DNA of 64,000 nucleotides from Bacillota bacterium (GCA_023411225.1 JAEYPA010000081.1:2229-66228); one strand, 5' to 3'; shown: positions 20,297 through 30,916, counted from the stretch's first letter. Notes: generated by a model not told the origin, from the letters alone. A program made the numbers and translations.

Positions 20297-21298
20297 CTAT
20301 TTTTTTGTTGAATCCCTGACAATCAATTGTGTAGGGATTCTGTAACTTACATTGGTTAATTCGGCATTCTTAATCTTCTGGAACAAGAACTTGGTTGCCT
20401 CTTCTCCCATCTTGTAAGTATCAACATCCACTACGGTCAGAGCAGGTTCCATATACTCGGCCAGCGGATAGTTATCAAAAGTAATAAGTCCTATATCACC
20501 AGGGACACGAATATTCCTGTTCTTCAATTCCCTAAGTACCTTAAATGCAACTATGTTGTTGGTACAAATAATACTGTCCGGTCTGTCTGCATCATCAAAC
20601 AACTCATTCATTACTCTGTTGACTTCTCCCTCTCCATCCTTTGTTTCGATGATCCACTGTTTGTGTGATACACAGATAGCTGATTTGTAACCGAAAATTC
20701 TTTGTTTTTCAAACATGGTACCCTTGTTCTCAACAATAAGTGCCGGTGCTCTGTATCCCATTTTAAGCAAATGTTCTACCGCAAGTCTGCTGCCCTGCTC
20801 ATTGTCCATATCAACCCAAAACACTTCTTTGGACTTTTCTTCCGGTTCACCCAGTACCACAAAAGGCATCTTATAATCAACAAGCAGTTTAACCAATTCT
20901 TTATTCATTATGGACACAGGGAGAATAATGCCGTCCACTTTGTGTTCCGTTATCAGGCTTGTTACCGTATTGTTCTGCTTGCAATTGGCATCAGTGGTAA
21001 TTAGCACATTGTAGCCCTTAGCCTGTGAGACTCTCTCAATTGCAGATACACTCTGAATGAAGAAAGCATTGGAGAATGCATCGGCATTACCCGCATCGAT
21101 TGCAAGTGCAATGGTCGTGGTATTACCATTTACCAGACTTCTGGCAGCAACATTGGGATGATAATTCAATTCTTTCATAGCCTTAGTTATTTTGGCTTTT
21201 GTCTCTTCCGAAATGCTTGCCGTGCCATTGATTACTCTCGACACTGTGGAAGGATTAACTCCTACCATTTTCGCTATATCTTTTATTGTTGCAGGCAT
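20297..21298 (-). CDS. LacI family regulator (MalR-like)
   Basis: TIKDIAKMVGVNPSTVSRV HTH, YHPNVAARSL hinge. Confidence 0.93.
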   Translation of the reverse strand: MPATIKDIAKMVGVNPSTVSRVINGTASISEETKAKITKAMKELNYHPNVAARSLVNGNTTTIALAIDAGNADAFSNAFFIQSVSAIERVSQAKGYNVLITTDANCKQNNTVTSLITEHKVDGIILPVSIMNKELVKLLVDYKMPFVVLGEPEEKSKEVFWVDMDNEQGSRLAVEHLLKMGYRAPALIVENKGTMFEKQRIFGYKSAICVSHKQWIIETKDGEGEVNRVMNELFDDADRPDSIICTNNIVAFKVLRELKNRNIRVPGDIGLITFDNYPLAEYMEPALTVVDVDTYKMGEEATKFLFQKIKNAELTNVSYRIPTQLIVRDSTKK

Positions 21299-21359
21299 AA
21301 TATATTCTCCTTTTTATTAGCCCAATTCACTCTAAGTCAGTGATTTGCCTTTTTTTCAC

Positions 21360-21447
21360 GCAAACGTTTGCATCCGATGTTAAAAATTATAGTGCAAACG
21401 CTTGCACTTTCTAATTACATAGTATCGCGCACTACGTCTCTTGTCAA
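21360..21447 (-). promoter_or_regulatory. promoter and two LacI-type operators of the maltodextrin operon
   Basis: Palindromes GCAAACGTTTGC (21360-21371) and AGTGCAAACGCTTGCACT (21391-21408); minus strand TTGACA-17-TACTAT. Confidence 0.75.
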
Positions 21448-22500
21448 TAAAAAAACACATTTCATACACGATTTGTGAAATGTGTTAAATCTAAATATTC
21501 AATTTTAGATATTTCGCACAAAAATTGTTATAATTACTATACGTTCTGTCTTCTGACAATCAACTAGGCCACATTTGCTCCCACTACTGACAGGACAACC
21601 AGCTTAAGACAACAAATCCATGGTATTCTCCAAAAAAGTACGTGCCTTCCTGTAAGAAGATTACTTTCTCGAACACATCTGCAGCTTCTTCAATTAATAT
21701 CCTGTAGAAATCCTCTCTGGCAATTCCTTGTTTATCTGTTTACAGGGCATCCGGTTCTCCACAATATACCATGATTTTCAATAAACAAATATCAACTGCT
21801 CTAATTTTTGTTAAATATACACTATATACTATATTTCTCATATAATAATCATATAACCATATAAATAAGGAATGATCATTATGAGCCGAGGATGTAATAG
21901 ATTTGATAGAAGACATAGGAACAGACGCAGACGTCGTAGGGGTTTTGTTATTATAAAAAGATTTTAAAACTATTTCATTACTGATGGATTCTATTTGATA
22001 ACCCTTGATATATAATATAGAGATTAGGCAGCCTAAGCTGTCTTTTCTCATGTTAAAAGAGAATCCCCTCATTGATAAGACAATTTACCTTTTGAGTTAA
22101 CATCCGAAATATCGTGTGGTCGATATCTCTATTCAACACACATAATATTATTGGCTGCTTTTTCCCTAAAAGGTTGGATTAACAGGCCAACCACTATACA
22201 CCTACAAGTTTTAAATTATACAATTTGTTTTTGTGTATTGGGTGGATTGTGAAGATTTTTGAGATAATGTGGCTGCTATATTAAACTATCTCATACCATC
22301 AACTACTCTCCTATCGAATACTGTTTTATCTCACTATCTGTAATAGCCTCATATAACTCCACTATCTTCTGAATCTTCTTTTCCTCCTCATCTATACACT
22401 TACGTAGTTCTCTTATTCTATTATCAACACGTTCAGCTTCTACTGGTTGTTCCATCTGCACATAGCAGATGGTTTTAATGGTGATCAATGTCTAGCAACA

Positions 22501-22533
22501 ATGTGGTGGCCACATTATATGTAACCACCACAT
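22501..22533 (-). terminator. hairpin at the end of the second sugar operon
   Basis: ATGTGGTGG...CCACCACAT inverted repeat just downstream of the stop at 22573. Confidence 0.6.
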
Positions 22534-22572
22534 TATACAACTCATATTAATGGAAGCATTCTATTTCAAACT

Positions 22573-23640
22573 TTAGAACCAGTTAAATTGATCTTTTGTT
22601 TCTGGATATGCAACTGGAGTAGGTAATTTAGTCCATCCTTTTTTTGCTTTACCCTGAATTGCATCATAAAGTGTCTGCACAGCCAGCGCAGCTTCTGTTG
22701 CTGGATCCTGTGTAGAAGTTGCACTAAGCCATCCATCAACCATTGCATCATAAAGAATCTTATTTGATCCACAAGCAACAATTGCTACTTCACCTGGTTT
22801 ATATCCAGCTGCTTCAAGAGCTGAAATAACACCTGTCGTCATTCCGCCATCTTCTACAAGAATACATTCAATTTTTCCACTCTTCGAAGCTACACCATAT
22901 GCTGTAAGCATATCAGACATTTTACTCATTGCTGTTTCAGCAGCAAAATCCGCGTTCTGATAATCTACACTAACATATTTAGATTTATCTAACATTGTGT
23001 CAACAGCCTTGTCAATTTCTACGGTCTGCATATGACCTGCTGTTCCAGCAATAGTTACATAAGAACATCCTTTAGGGAAAAGTTCCATAATCGTTTTAGA
23101 AATTGTTTCACCATGAGAAGCTGCATCAGGTCCCACATAATATGTCATACCTACTTCATCAATCTTGTCGCCAGTATATGCATTAACACCTACCCATGGA
23201 ATCTTGCTTTCATTCAGAGTTTCTATTACTGGAAGAGCACCGTCTACGTCCGCTGGGAAGTACAGGAATCCATCATATTCTTTTGCTATTGCAAGGTTAG
23301 CATGTTCAAGCTGTGTCTGCTGGTTACCATTACCATCAAGTATTTCTAGTGTACAGCCAAGTTCTTCTGCTTTTGCAATTGCTGCTGGGTTATATGCTGC
23401 ACAATATGCTGCAGTATAATATGCATTTGAGAGTAAAAGTTTATAACCGCCTTCTTTGCCTTCTTTGTCATCTTTGTTATCCTTGTCATCTTTGTCATCT
23501 TTATCGTCTTTGTCATTTGCCACCGGAGTTTTTGTGTCTTCTGCTACCGGTGTGTTCACTTTATTTTCTGTTCCTCCACATGCTGTAAGACTTACTGTTA
23601 ATACAACTGCTATCATAATACTAAAAAGTCTCTTCTTCAT
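22573..23640 (-). CDS. sugar ABC substrate-binding lipoprotein (periplasmic binding protein type I)
   Basis: Lipobox LTAC, DK-rich linker, RbsB-like fold motifs (ATSTQDP). Confidence 0.88.
   Translation of the reverse strand: MKKRLFSIMIAVVLTVSLTACGGTENKVNTPVAEDTKTPVANDKDDKDDKDDKDNKDDKEGKEGGYKLLLSNAYYTAAYCAAYNPAAIAKAEELGCTLEILDGNGNQQTQLEHANLAIAKEYDGFLYFPADVDGALPVIETLNESKIPWVGVNAYTGDKIDEVGMTYYVGPDAASHGETISKTIMELFPKGCSYVTIAGTAGHMQTVEIDKAVDTMLDKSKYVSVDYQNADFAAETAMSKMSDMLTAYGVASKSGKIECILVEDGGMTTGVISALEAAGYKPGEVAIVACGSNKILYDAMVDGWLSATSTQDPATEAALAVQTLYDAIQGKAKKGWTKLPTPVAYPETKDQFNWF
23451..23516 (-). repeat. 9-bp coding tandem repeat (DDK)n in SBP linker
   Basis: About 7 degenerate units of ctttgtcat encoding DKDDKDDKDDKDNKDDKEGKEG. 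Confidence 0.8.
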
Positions 23641-23704
23641 ACCTTATTCTCCTTTTGTTTTTATCTTAATGATTCTCAAACAATAGAATGTATTTTGCTA
23701 CTTT

Positions 23705-24019
23705 CTATGGGCAATAAAAAATCTCTTTTAAATCATCATAATAATGTTCCTTATCATGATGTAAAAAACATGGTTTTGAATGCTTCCACCATTCTTGCAT
23801 GATTGGACTTTCATCCATAAGACTCATATCTGCTTCATAGTTATTTCCTGTATACTCATAATACGTATACAATTCATTTCCCTTAATGGAGATCGAATAA
23901 TTATGTATATTACATCTTGTTATCAGTTCTATTAATTCGGGCCATGGTTTTGCATGCAGTTCTACATAATCTTCTATTTTTTCTTGTTTTAATTCTGAAT
24001 GAAATATAAAACGTTTCAT
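23705..24019 (-). CDS. rhaM: L-rhamnose mutarotase family protein
   Basis: YVELHAKPWPE, IHNYSI, MQEWW, EIFY; start placed at MKRF (24019). Confidence 0.82.
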   Translation of the reverse strand: MKRFIFHSELKQEKIEDYVELHAKPWPELIELITRCNIHNYSISIKGNELYTYYEYTGNNYEADMSLMDESPIMQEWWKHSKPCFLHHDKEHYYDDLKEIFYCP

Positions 24020-24042
24020 TTTACATATTTTCTCCTTGCCTA

Positions 24043-24414
24043 TTAAACAGCACAATAACCTGTTGAATAATAACCCAAATTATATCTACGGTCTAATCGG
24101 CCAAAGGATGCACAAACTGGAATATCTGCATTTAATTCAACTGAATACTGACCAAATGGAATCTGATATTTCTCATCACAAACTGGTAAGTCCATTCGAA
24201 TACAAATTACTCTTTCAGCTGGTACTGTTAAATGTAAATCTCTTACCGGTTCCTTATCTTCAAAGTAAAGAGTCACTAAGATACGTGCATCTTCTTTATT
24301 GGCATTAGTAATCATCATCGCCTCATGTCCAGGAAGATTTGGGTCATCTCCGTTTCCAGGTAGATCACCATCAATAAACATATAATGTCTATATCCTAAT
24401 CTTTTTTCTTCCAC
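24043..24414 (-). CDS. ASRT (sensory rhodopsin transducer) family protein
   Basis: DGDLP, GHEAMMITN, LYFEDKEP, VPAER, IPFGQYS, ADIPV, RLD match the ASRT family pattern; GTG start. Confidence 0.82.
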   Translation of the reverse strand: MEEKRLGYRHYMFIDGDLPGNGDDPNLPGHEAMMITNANKEDARILVTLYFEDKEPVRDLHLTVPAERVICIRMDLPVCDEKYQIPFGQYSVELNADIPVCASFGRLDRRYNLGYYSTGYCAV

Positions 24415-24431
24415 TACCGTCTCCTCCTTTC

Positions 24432-25604
24432 TTATAAATCTTTCATAAAGTAATCGTACATTTTCTGTGATAATGGTCTACATCCATTCTCTGTAATAAC
24501 AAATCCTGTTTCAATGCGTCCTCCGTAAAGATCGGGATGTCCAAAGAAACTTACGTCAACCATAACAGTCATTCCTGGTACTAAAACAAAATCACCGTTA
24601 GGTCCAAAGAATGGAGACTCAGCTTCCATTAACCCAATAGAATGTGCAAATGGGCATACTATATAGTCACTTAATCCGTGTTTTTCATAATATAACCGTC
24701 CTGGTTCATCAATTTCGCGACCCGTCATTCCTGGTTTTAACATATCGTGTGTTAAACGGAATGTTTCTCGCATGTGGTTTAATAAGTCTTTTTGTATCTG
24801 TGTATAAACACCATTAACAGGAATTGTATCTCCAAAAGTACCTGCATATCCATTAAATCTAGGGGCGATACCAATCATAACCAATTCACCATTCTGCATA
24901 GATTTATTGGTTGCAGTTGGAACTACTGCTTTTGCACGTTCTCCCGAACCTACAATTGTTGAATATGCAAAATTTGTTGCTCCTTTAGCACGACAAATAG
25001 CTTCACCAGCTGCTGCAACTTCAAATTCATATGCTCCTGGACGAATTGCATCTAACATTCTATCATAAGCTAAATCACATAGATTGGTTGCAAGCTGTAT
25101 CTGTTCAATTTCCCAAATAGACTTATAAGCTCTTAACTTTTCATATTCATCTGTTATGTCAACCATTTTAACTCCATCAAATCCATTTACAAAATCAATG
25201 AATACCTGATGAGGAATTGTAGCGGTTCCTACGAAACCAATTTTCTTTAATTCTGTTCCTTCTGCTTTTAACTCCTCATCTAACTGTTTAAAGTTTATAA
25301 TTGTAGCATTTGGATACTCTTCATCTGGAACCATAAATACTGGAAAACATCTTACTTTTGTAATTGCTGAATTCATAATTGCAAATGGCTCTGATTCAGG
25401 TCCTCCTAATAAAATAGGTTCTCCTTCCACTGGAACTAATACTGCTCCTTTTTCAAACTGACCACACCAGCCAGTTAAATACCATCCATTTGCAACATTA
25501 AGTTCATCAAAATATACTAAAGCTGCATCTAAATGCCTTTCCTCTAAAATTTTGCGAACTGCTGCAATTCTTTTCTTCGTTTCATCCATATTATAATACG
25601 CCAT
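24432..25604 (-). CDS. M24 (Xaa-Pro peptidase/creatinase) fold protein with non-canonical active site
   Basis: Creatinase-like N-domain, LRAYKSIWEI, HSIGL, GGRIE; several metal ligands substituted. Confidence 0.8.
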   Translation of the reverse strand: MAYYNMDETKKRIAAVRKILEERHLDAALVYFDELNVANGWYLTGWCGQFEKGAVLVPVEGEPILLGGPESEPFAIMNSAITKVRCFPVFMVPDEEYPNATIINFKQLDEELKAEGTELKKIGFVGTATIPHQVFIDFVNGFDGVKMVDITDEYEKLRAYKSIWEIEQIQLATNLCDLAYDRMLDAIRPGAYEFEVAAAGEAICRAKGATNFAYSTIVGSGERAKAVVPTATNKSMQNGELVMIGIAPRFNGYAGTFGDTIPVNGVYTQIQKDLLNHMRETFRLTHDMLKPGMTGREIDEPGRLYYEKHGLSDYIVCPFAHSIGLMEAESPFFGPNGDFVLVPGMTVMVDVSFFGHPDLYGGRIETGFVITENGCRPLSQKMYDYFMKDL

Positions 25605-25625
25605 ACTCTTTTCTCCTTTTCTTAT

Positions 25626-27041
25626 TTAAATAAAATTATCATCCAGAGGATACATTGGTCTCCGGATATTTTTTAGGTTCATATCTTCCAGTCGTTCTGT
25701 AGAACTTCCTGGTGTAAAAGCAAGAATTGATCTAGGATTTAGTTCAGCTAATTCTGGGAACAAATATCCTAATTTAACTACAACAATTTTAAATTTTTTA
25801 TAATCTAAATTAATTGATTCAAATATATCTGGACGACATAAACTTGCCCTATTTTTGGTAATAACAACCGTAATGTTGTCACACTTCAATGTTGCAGAAG
25901 GTCCTGCGTTACCTCTTGTATATGATAAAATATCTCCTTTATGTATTAGCTCACCTTGTATCATCGTACTTTCACTATTGGAATCAAGGCTTCCACCTAC
26001 TTTTAAAGTTAATACTTCTCCAATTTCTGCCTTATAGCACAAATCACATGCTTTTTCATCAACTATTCCTGCTAATAAAACATCTTTTATATTTTTTTTC
26101 TGGAGCAGCTTTAGCATGTATGCATTATCTCCAGCCGCACCTGCTGTCGTATTATCACCTGAATCTGAAATAAATACCTGTAATTCTTTTGCATTCATTG
26201 CAAGTTCAACTGCTTCCTCTGGGGATACGGCTTCTATCAAAAATTTAAAATCGTAGCGTGCATCATAAAACATTTTTGCAAGCTTTTCTGCGCATGAAGT
26301 GGCAAGTTCATTATTAGATTCATGTGTCACAACAAAATTAGGTCCCATATATGGTTCATCAATCCATGGTTGTCCATTAAATACCTGAACACTAAGCATT
26401 CCAGGAATAGATTTTTCCATTTCCTCAGCTACATTCATAATACTTTTTAATGGTTCCAAAGTTGTTTGTACCGCATCTCCACAAATCACAACATTTGCTC
26501 TAGCAATTTGTGGTTGTGGAAGCAACTTCTTTTCAATACATGTGAATAATGCTTCCATAGCCCTAAGCTGTGTTTCTTTATGATCACAGTGTGGAATTGT
26601 TCTAAACCCAGTAATACAATTAGCTAGTCTTACTACCTCATCACTATTATCCGCATGCATATCCATTGCCAAAGAGATTGGGATATTCATCCCTACTTTT
26701 TCTCTAATCTTTTTTAATAAATATTCCTCTCCAGAGCCAATTTCCTCTACACACATTGCTCCGTGTAAATACAGCCAAATCCCATCTATGTCTTTATCGG
26801 GAATAGCTTCTACCAATTCGTTCACTAAACGTAAATAGTCATCTTTAATCACTGCTCCACCAGGAAGTGCATGTGCATAAATCGTTGGGACAATATCGCA
26901 ATTTCTTTCTTTCAAAAAATCGACCACATCTATTTTTTCATACATATCAGGGCCAGTAGCATAATCAAAATCCTCAAATTTGGTATGGACAGGAGTTAAG
27001 CTGTTCCCTTCACATTGTAAGGAGCCGATTACAATTTTCAT
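25626..27041 (-). CDS. M81/MlrC family metallohydrolase
   Basis: CEGNS, LHGAM, DMHAD, RTIPHCD, DSGDNTTAG, VVVKLGY, RRPMYPLD. Confidence 0.88.
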   Translation of the reverse strand: MKIVIGSLQCEGNSLTPVHTKFEDFDYATGPDMYEKIDVVDFLKERNCDIVPTIYAHALPGGAVIKDDYLRLVNELVEAIPDKDIDGIWLYLHGAMCVEEIGSGEEYLLKKIREKVGMNIPISLAMDMHADNSDEVVRLANCITGFRTIPHCDHKETQLRAMEALFTCIEKKLLPQPQIARANVVICGDAVQTTLEPLKSIMNVAEEMEKSIPGMLSVQVFNGQPWIDEPYMGPNFVVTHESNNELATSCAEKLAKMFYDARYDFKFLIEAVSPEEAVELAMNAKELQVFISDSGDNTTAGAAGDNAYMLKLLQKKNIKDVLLAGIVDEKACDLCYKAEIGEVLTLKVGGSLDSNSESTMIQGELIHKGDILSYTRGNAGPSATLKCDNITVVITKNRASLCRPDIFESINLDYKKFKIVVVKLGYLFPELAELNPRSILAFTPGSSTERLEDMNLKNIRRPMYPLDDNFI

Positions 27042-27058
27042 TCTTCCGGACCTCCATT

Positions 27059-28018
27059 TTAAACTTTTTTAGTTCCACTCTGAGTTAAATATGCATCAAA
27101 TGATACGATTATAAGTAATACGATTCCCTTTACCATGTTATTTACATATCCAGCAAAGCCCAAGAATCCCAGTCCTTTATACAATACGTATAAAAGTAAA
27201 ATTCCTACTACTGTACGATGAACGCCACCTTTACCTCCCGTGAGAGGCGTTCCTCCAACAACAGTTGCAGCTACACAAGTTAAGGCCAAATCTGTTCCAT
27301 ACATGATTGAGCCCGCACGAATTAAGCATACATACATAGCTGCTGCGATTCCCGCTGAACATCCTAAAATTACAAAGACGATAAATCTATGGAAATCGAC
27401 TTTTACTCCTGAGATTTTTGCTGCTACTTGATTTCCACCAGTAGCATATAAATTTCTACCAAACTGGGTATAACGCATCACTATATATGCTATAACTGTG
27501 ATTGCTATAAAAATCCATGTTAAATAAGATAATCCAAGGAATACACCTTTTCCAAAGCTAGCTATAAAAGGATTGTTTGTTGCAATCATGTCTCCACCAT
27601 TGAAAACAAGGCAACCTCCTTTTACGATATAGTTCATACCCATTGTAGCTATAAAAGCAGGTATTTTCCCTTTTACTACGATAAGGCCATTTAAAGCACC
27701 TACGACCATACAACTTAACACCATGCATACAAAGGACAAGATAATTCCTACCGATGTTCCACCCCACATATTTAACAAATAACAAAAGAAAATTTGTCCC
27801 CATGCAAAGTTAGAAGCTAAAGAAAGATCAAATGCTCCTGTAATAATTGAAATTGTCATTGCAATTGCTGCTACTCCATAAATAGAAGCATCAATTAAAA
27901 CATTTTTAATATTTGTTGCTGACACAAAACTCGGACGTGTAATTGCCAAAACAATAACAAATAAAACTAGTAAGCATACAATTGCTTGATTCTTAACATA
28001 CTTTAGAGCTTTTGCCAT
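27059..28018 (-). CDS. monosaccharide ABC permease
   Basis: GAFDLS, IPAFIATMG, TGGNQVAAKISGV, VVGGT. Confidence 0.9.
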   Translation of the reverse strand: MAKALKYVKNQAIVCLLVLFVIVLAITRPSFVSATNIKNVLIDASIYGVAAIAMTISIITGAFDLSLASNFAWGQIFFCYLLNMWGGTSVGIILSFVCMVLSCMVVGALNGLIVVKGKIPAFIATMGMNYIVKGGCLVFNGGDMIATNNPFIASFGKGVFLGLSYLTWIFIAITVIAYIVMRYTQFGRNLYATGGNQVAAKISGVKVDFHRFIVFVILGCSAGIAAAMYVCLIRAGSIMYGTDLALTCVAATVVGGTPLTGGKGGVHRTVVGILLLYVLYKGLGFLGFAGYVNNMVKGIVLLIIVSFDAYLTQSGTKKV

Positions 28019-29037
28019 TATTTGACCACCTCCTTAAGTTTTGCATTTTTATTCAGTGTATCTAAGATTACTGCTATTATTATCACTGCACCACGAACAA
28101 TCCACTGCGCATTCGCTTGAATGCCTAACAAGTTTAAGGCATTTAATAAAACACCTAAAACCACCACACCTAAAACCGCTTTTGCAATACTTCCACTACC
28201 GCCGTCAAGCGATACTCCACCAATAGCCACACATGCCATTGCATCCATCTCATAATTTAATCCCTGTGAAATTGATGCCGAATTAACTCTGCTTACAACA
28301 ATTACACCTGCAATCCCTGCACAAACACCACAAATTACATGTGATAAAAATCGTACCTGCCTAGTTTTGATTCCTACCATCTTAGCAGCCTGCATGTTTG
28401 CGCCTAAAAAATATAAATTTCTTCCTAATACAGTTTTTACTAAAACAATTTGTAAAATAACAGCTATTAACAAAAAGATAATTACTGGTGTCATACCCAT
28501 TCCAAGTTTTTTAAACAATCCGCTTTTATATGCTGCTGCCTGAAATTTTCCATCAACAACTGCGTTTGCAATGGAAGCTACAATTATTTGTATTGCATAT
28601 GTAATAATAAAAGATTCCCCCATGCGACCATTTACCGCTGCCATAATTCCACCTACTATACACCCTATACCTGCACCAACTAAAATACCAACAAGTAATA
28701 CCAGGAAAGTAGCATAAAATGGGCTCACCTGATTAACGGTGGTTCCATTAATTATTAACATCGTAACAACGGCAGACAGAGATACTGTTGAACCAATCGA
28801 TAAGTCCATTCCTCCACCCATTACTGCGTATGCCATACCTAATGCAGCTATACCAACTGTTGAATATGAGCGAAGAATATTCACAAGATTTGTTACGCTT
28901 AAAAACTCTGGTCTTCTAACCGATGCAAATAGAATAATAATTAGAATTATAAAGATTAGACCCCATTCACGAAATATACTTTTTATGTCTACACTCTGTG
29001 TATAATTAGCAATACCTTTTTTATTCAAAGCAATCAC
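28018..29037 (-). CDS. monosaccharide ABC permease
   Basis: GGMDLSIGS, GANMQAAKMVGI, VAIGGVSLDGG; GTG start. Confidence 0.9.
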   Translation of the reverse strand: MIALNKKGIANYTQSVDIKSIFREWGLIFIILIIILFASVRRPEFLSVTNLVNILRSYSTVGIAALGMAYAVMGGGMDLSIGSTVSLSAVVTMLIINGTTVNQVSPFYATFLVLLVGILVGAGIGCIVGGIMAAVNGRMGESFIITYAIQIIVASIANAVVDGKFQAAAYKSGLFKKLGMGMTPVIIFLLIAVILQIVLVKTVLGRNLYFLGANMQAAKMVGIKTRQVRFLSHVICGVCAGIAGVIVVSRVNSASISQGLNYEMDAMACVAIGGVSLDGGSGSIAKAVLGVVVLGVLLNALNLLGIQANAQWIVRGAVIIIAVILDTLNKNAKLKEVVK

Positions 29038-29041
29038 CTCC

Positions 29042-30529
29042 CTAGTTCCTAATTGCTAATTGCATAACTGCTTCAGCTGACACTTGATTTTTATCCAGTT
29101 CACCTGCTTTTTTCCCGCCAGACAAAACTACGAATCTATCACTCATACCTAATACTTCTGGAAGTTCAGAAGAAATCATGATAATTGATTTGCCGCTCTC
29201 AACTAATTTATTCATCAAACAATAAATTTCATATTTTGCTCCAACATCGATTCCTCTTGTAGGTTCATCTAGAATCAAAATATCAACATCTGCAAACAGC
29301 CATTTTGCAAATACAACCTTCTGTTGATTTCCACCTGAAAGATTTCTTGCCAACTGCATCATAGATGGTGTCTTAACACCAAGATCTTTTGCTAGTTTTG
29401 TTGCTACTTCTCTTTCCTTTTTCTTATCAAGGAACAAACCTGTTTTGATTTTCTTTAGATTTGTAACTGTTATATTTCTTATCAAATCATAAGATAAAAC
29501 TAATCCTGTTTCCTTTCTATCTTCTGTCAGCAATCCCACTCCACTTTTCTTTCCGTCAGCAGTAGATGAAATAACAATTTTTTTCCCATTGATTTCGATT
29601 ACTCCACTATCATACTTTTCAGCGCCAAAAATTGCTTCTGCTATTTCTGTTCTGCCAGAACCAACTAATCCGGCAAGTCCAAGTATTTCGCCCTTATGAA
29701 GTTCAAAAGAGATATCTTCTACAACTCCATTTCTTGAAACTTTATCTAACTTAAGAACTACTTCTCCTATTTCGCAATTTCTTTTTGGATACTCAACGTC
29801 TACGCTTCTTCCTACCATTCTCTCTACAATTTCATCTCTAGTGAAATCTTTTGTAGCTCTAGTCTCAATTACCTGACCATCTCTTAAAACGGTAGCTGTA
29901 TCACACATTTCAAAAATCTCATCCATTTTATGAGAAATATAGATAATAGTTGTTCCTTGTCTCTTTAAATTATTCATAATCTCAAATAAATGTTTTGTTT
30001 CTCCAGTTGTCAAAGAAGATGTAGGTTCGTCCATAACTACAATCGATGGATTTCTATAAAGTGTTTTTGCAATTTCTACCATTTGTTTTTGAGACGCTGA
30101 TAAGTCTTCTATTTTATCAGTAGCATTTATTTGAAAGTTAAAGTTGTCCAAAAAGTCTTGTGTGATTTTGTTGATTTTTTTCCAATTGATTAATCCCTTT
30201 TGACCAGACTTTAATTTATTTAAAAACATGTTTTCAGTTACTGTTAATGAATTTACTAAATTACATTCCTGGAATACTAATCCAATACCCCTTCTCTCTG
30301 CATCTACAGTATCTATGATTCTAATCGATTCTCCATTTATGAAAATCTCACCCAAATCAGCTTGATGGACCCCATTTAGCACTTTCATCAGTGTAGACTT
30401 TCCTGCACCATTTTCCCCCACAAGCGCATGTATCTCACCTTTTTTAACTTTAAAACTAACTTTATCCAATGCAACTACACCAGGGAAAGTTTTTCTAATA
30501 TCTCTCATCTCTAAGATATATTCGTTCAC
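29042..30529 (-). CDS. monosaccharide ABC ATP-binding protein
   Basis: GENGAGKST, VMDEPT, LSGGNQQKV, ILDEPTRGIDVGAK; GTG start. Confidence 0.95.
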   Translation of the reverse strand: MNEYILEMRDIRKTFPGVVALDKVSFKVKKGEIHALVGENGAGKSTLMKVLNGVHQADLGEIFINGESIRIIDTVDAERRGIGLVFQECNLVNSLTVTENMFLNKLKSGQKGLINWKKINKITQDFLDNFNFQINATDKIEDLSASQKQMVEIAKTLYRNPSIVVMDEPTSSLTTGETKHLFEIMNNLKRQGTTIIYISHKMDEIFEMCDTATVLRDGQVIETRATKDFTRDEIVERMVGRSVDVEYPKRNCEIGEVVLKLDKVSRNGVVEDISFELHKGEILGLAGLVGSGRTEIAEAIFGAEKYDSGVIEINGKKIVISSTADGKKSGVGLLTEDRKETGLVLSYDLIRNITVTNLKKIKTGLFLDKKKEREVATKLAKDLGVKTPSMMQLARNLSGGNQQKVVFAKWLFADVDILILDEPTRGIDVGAKYEIYCLMNKLVESGKSIIMISSELPEVLGMSDRFVVLSGGKKAGELDKNQVSAEAVMQLAIRN

Positions 30530-30590
30530 TCTTTACCATCCTTTCTCCTTAATCCATCACTAAAACAATCACAGACTAGCTATTATGATC

Positions 30591-30736
30591 ATTTATGTAA
30601 ACGTTTACATAAATAGTTATTAAAAAAAGAAAAAGCTATTGAGTACCATTTTTTGTATAACTTGACCATAAAATTTCATTCTGCAAACGTTTACATGTTA
30701 TATATTTACTATATAACACAATTTTATAATTGTCAA
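30591..30736 (-). promoter_or_regulatory. promoter and two LacI-type operators of the M81/M24/ASRT operon
   Basis: Perfect 24-bp palindrome ATTTATGTAAACGTTTACATAAAT (30591-30614), TGCAAACGTTTACA (30682-30695); minus strand TTGACA-17-TATAGT. Confidence 0.8.
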
Positions 30737-30916
30737 TAGTTTTTTAATAAATATAGAAGTAGATTTTATGCTAATTTATTTGAAATAACTCTGCTCAACA
30801 AAACGCCGGTGAGTTAAAAATAGTGAAGTTAACTACCTTTGTATATAAGAAAGAATCCATTCCTCATTTGTGTCCAGCAAAGCTGGACACCCCACACATT
30901 AAAAGAAGGAAAAACA

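Noticed and set aside
23451..23516. CRISPR-like repeat
   Set aside because: 9-bp in-frame units without spacers inside a gene; no CRISPR array or cas gene in the window.
25626..27041. Microcystin degradation (mlr) pathway
   Set aside because: Only an MlrC-family gene is present; no mlrA, mlrB or mlrD, and the context is a sugar importer.
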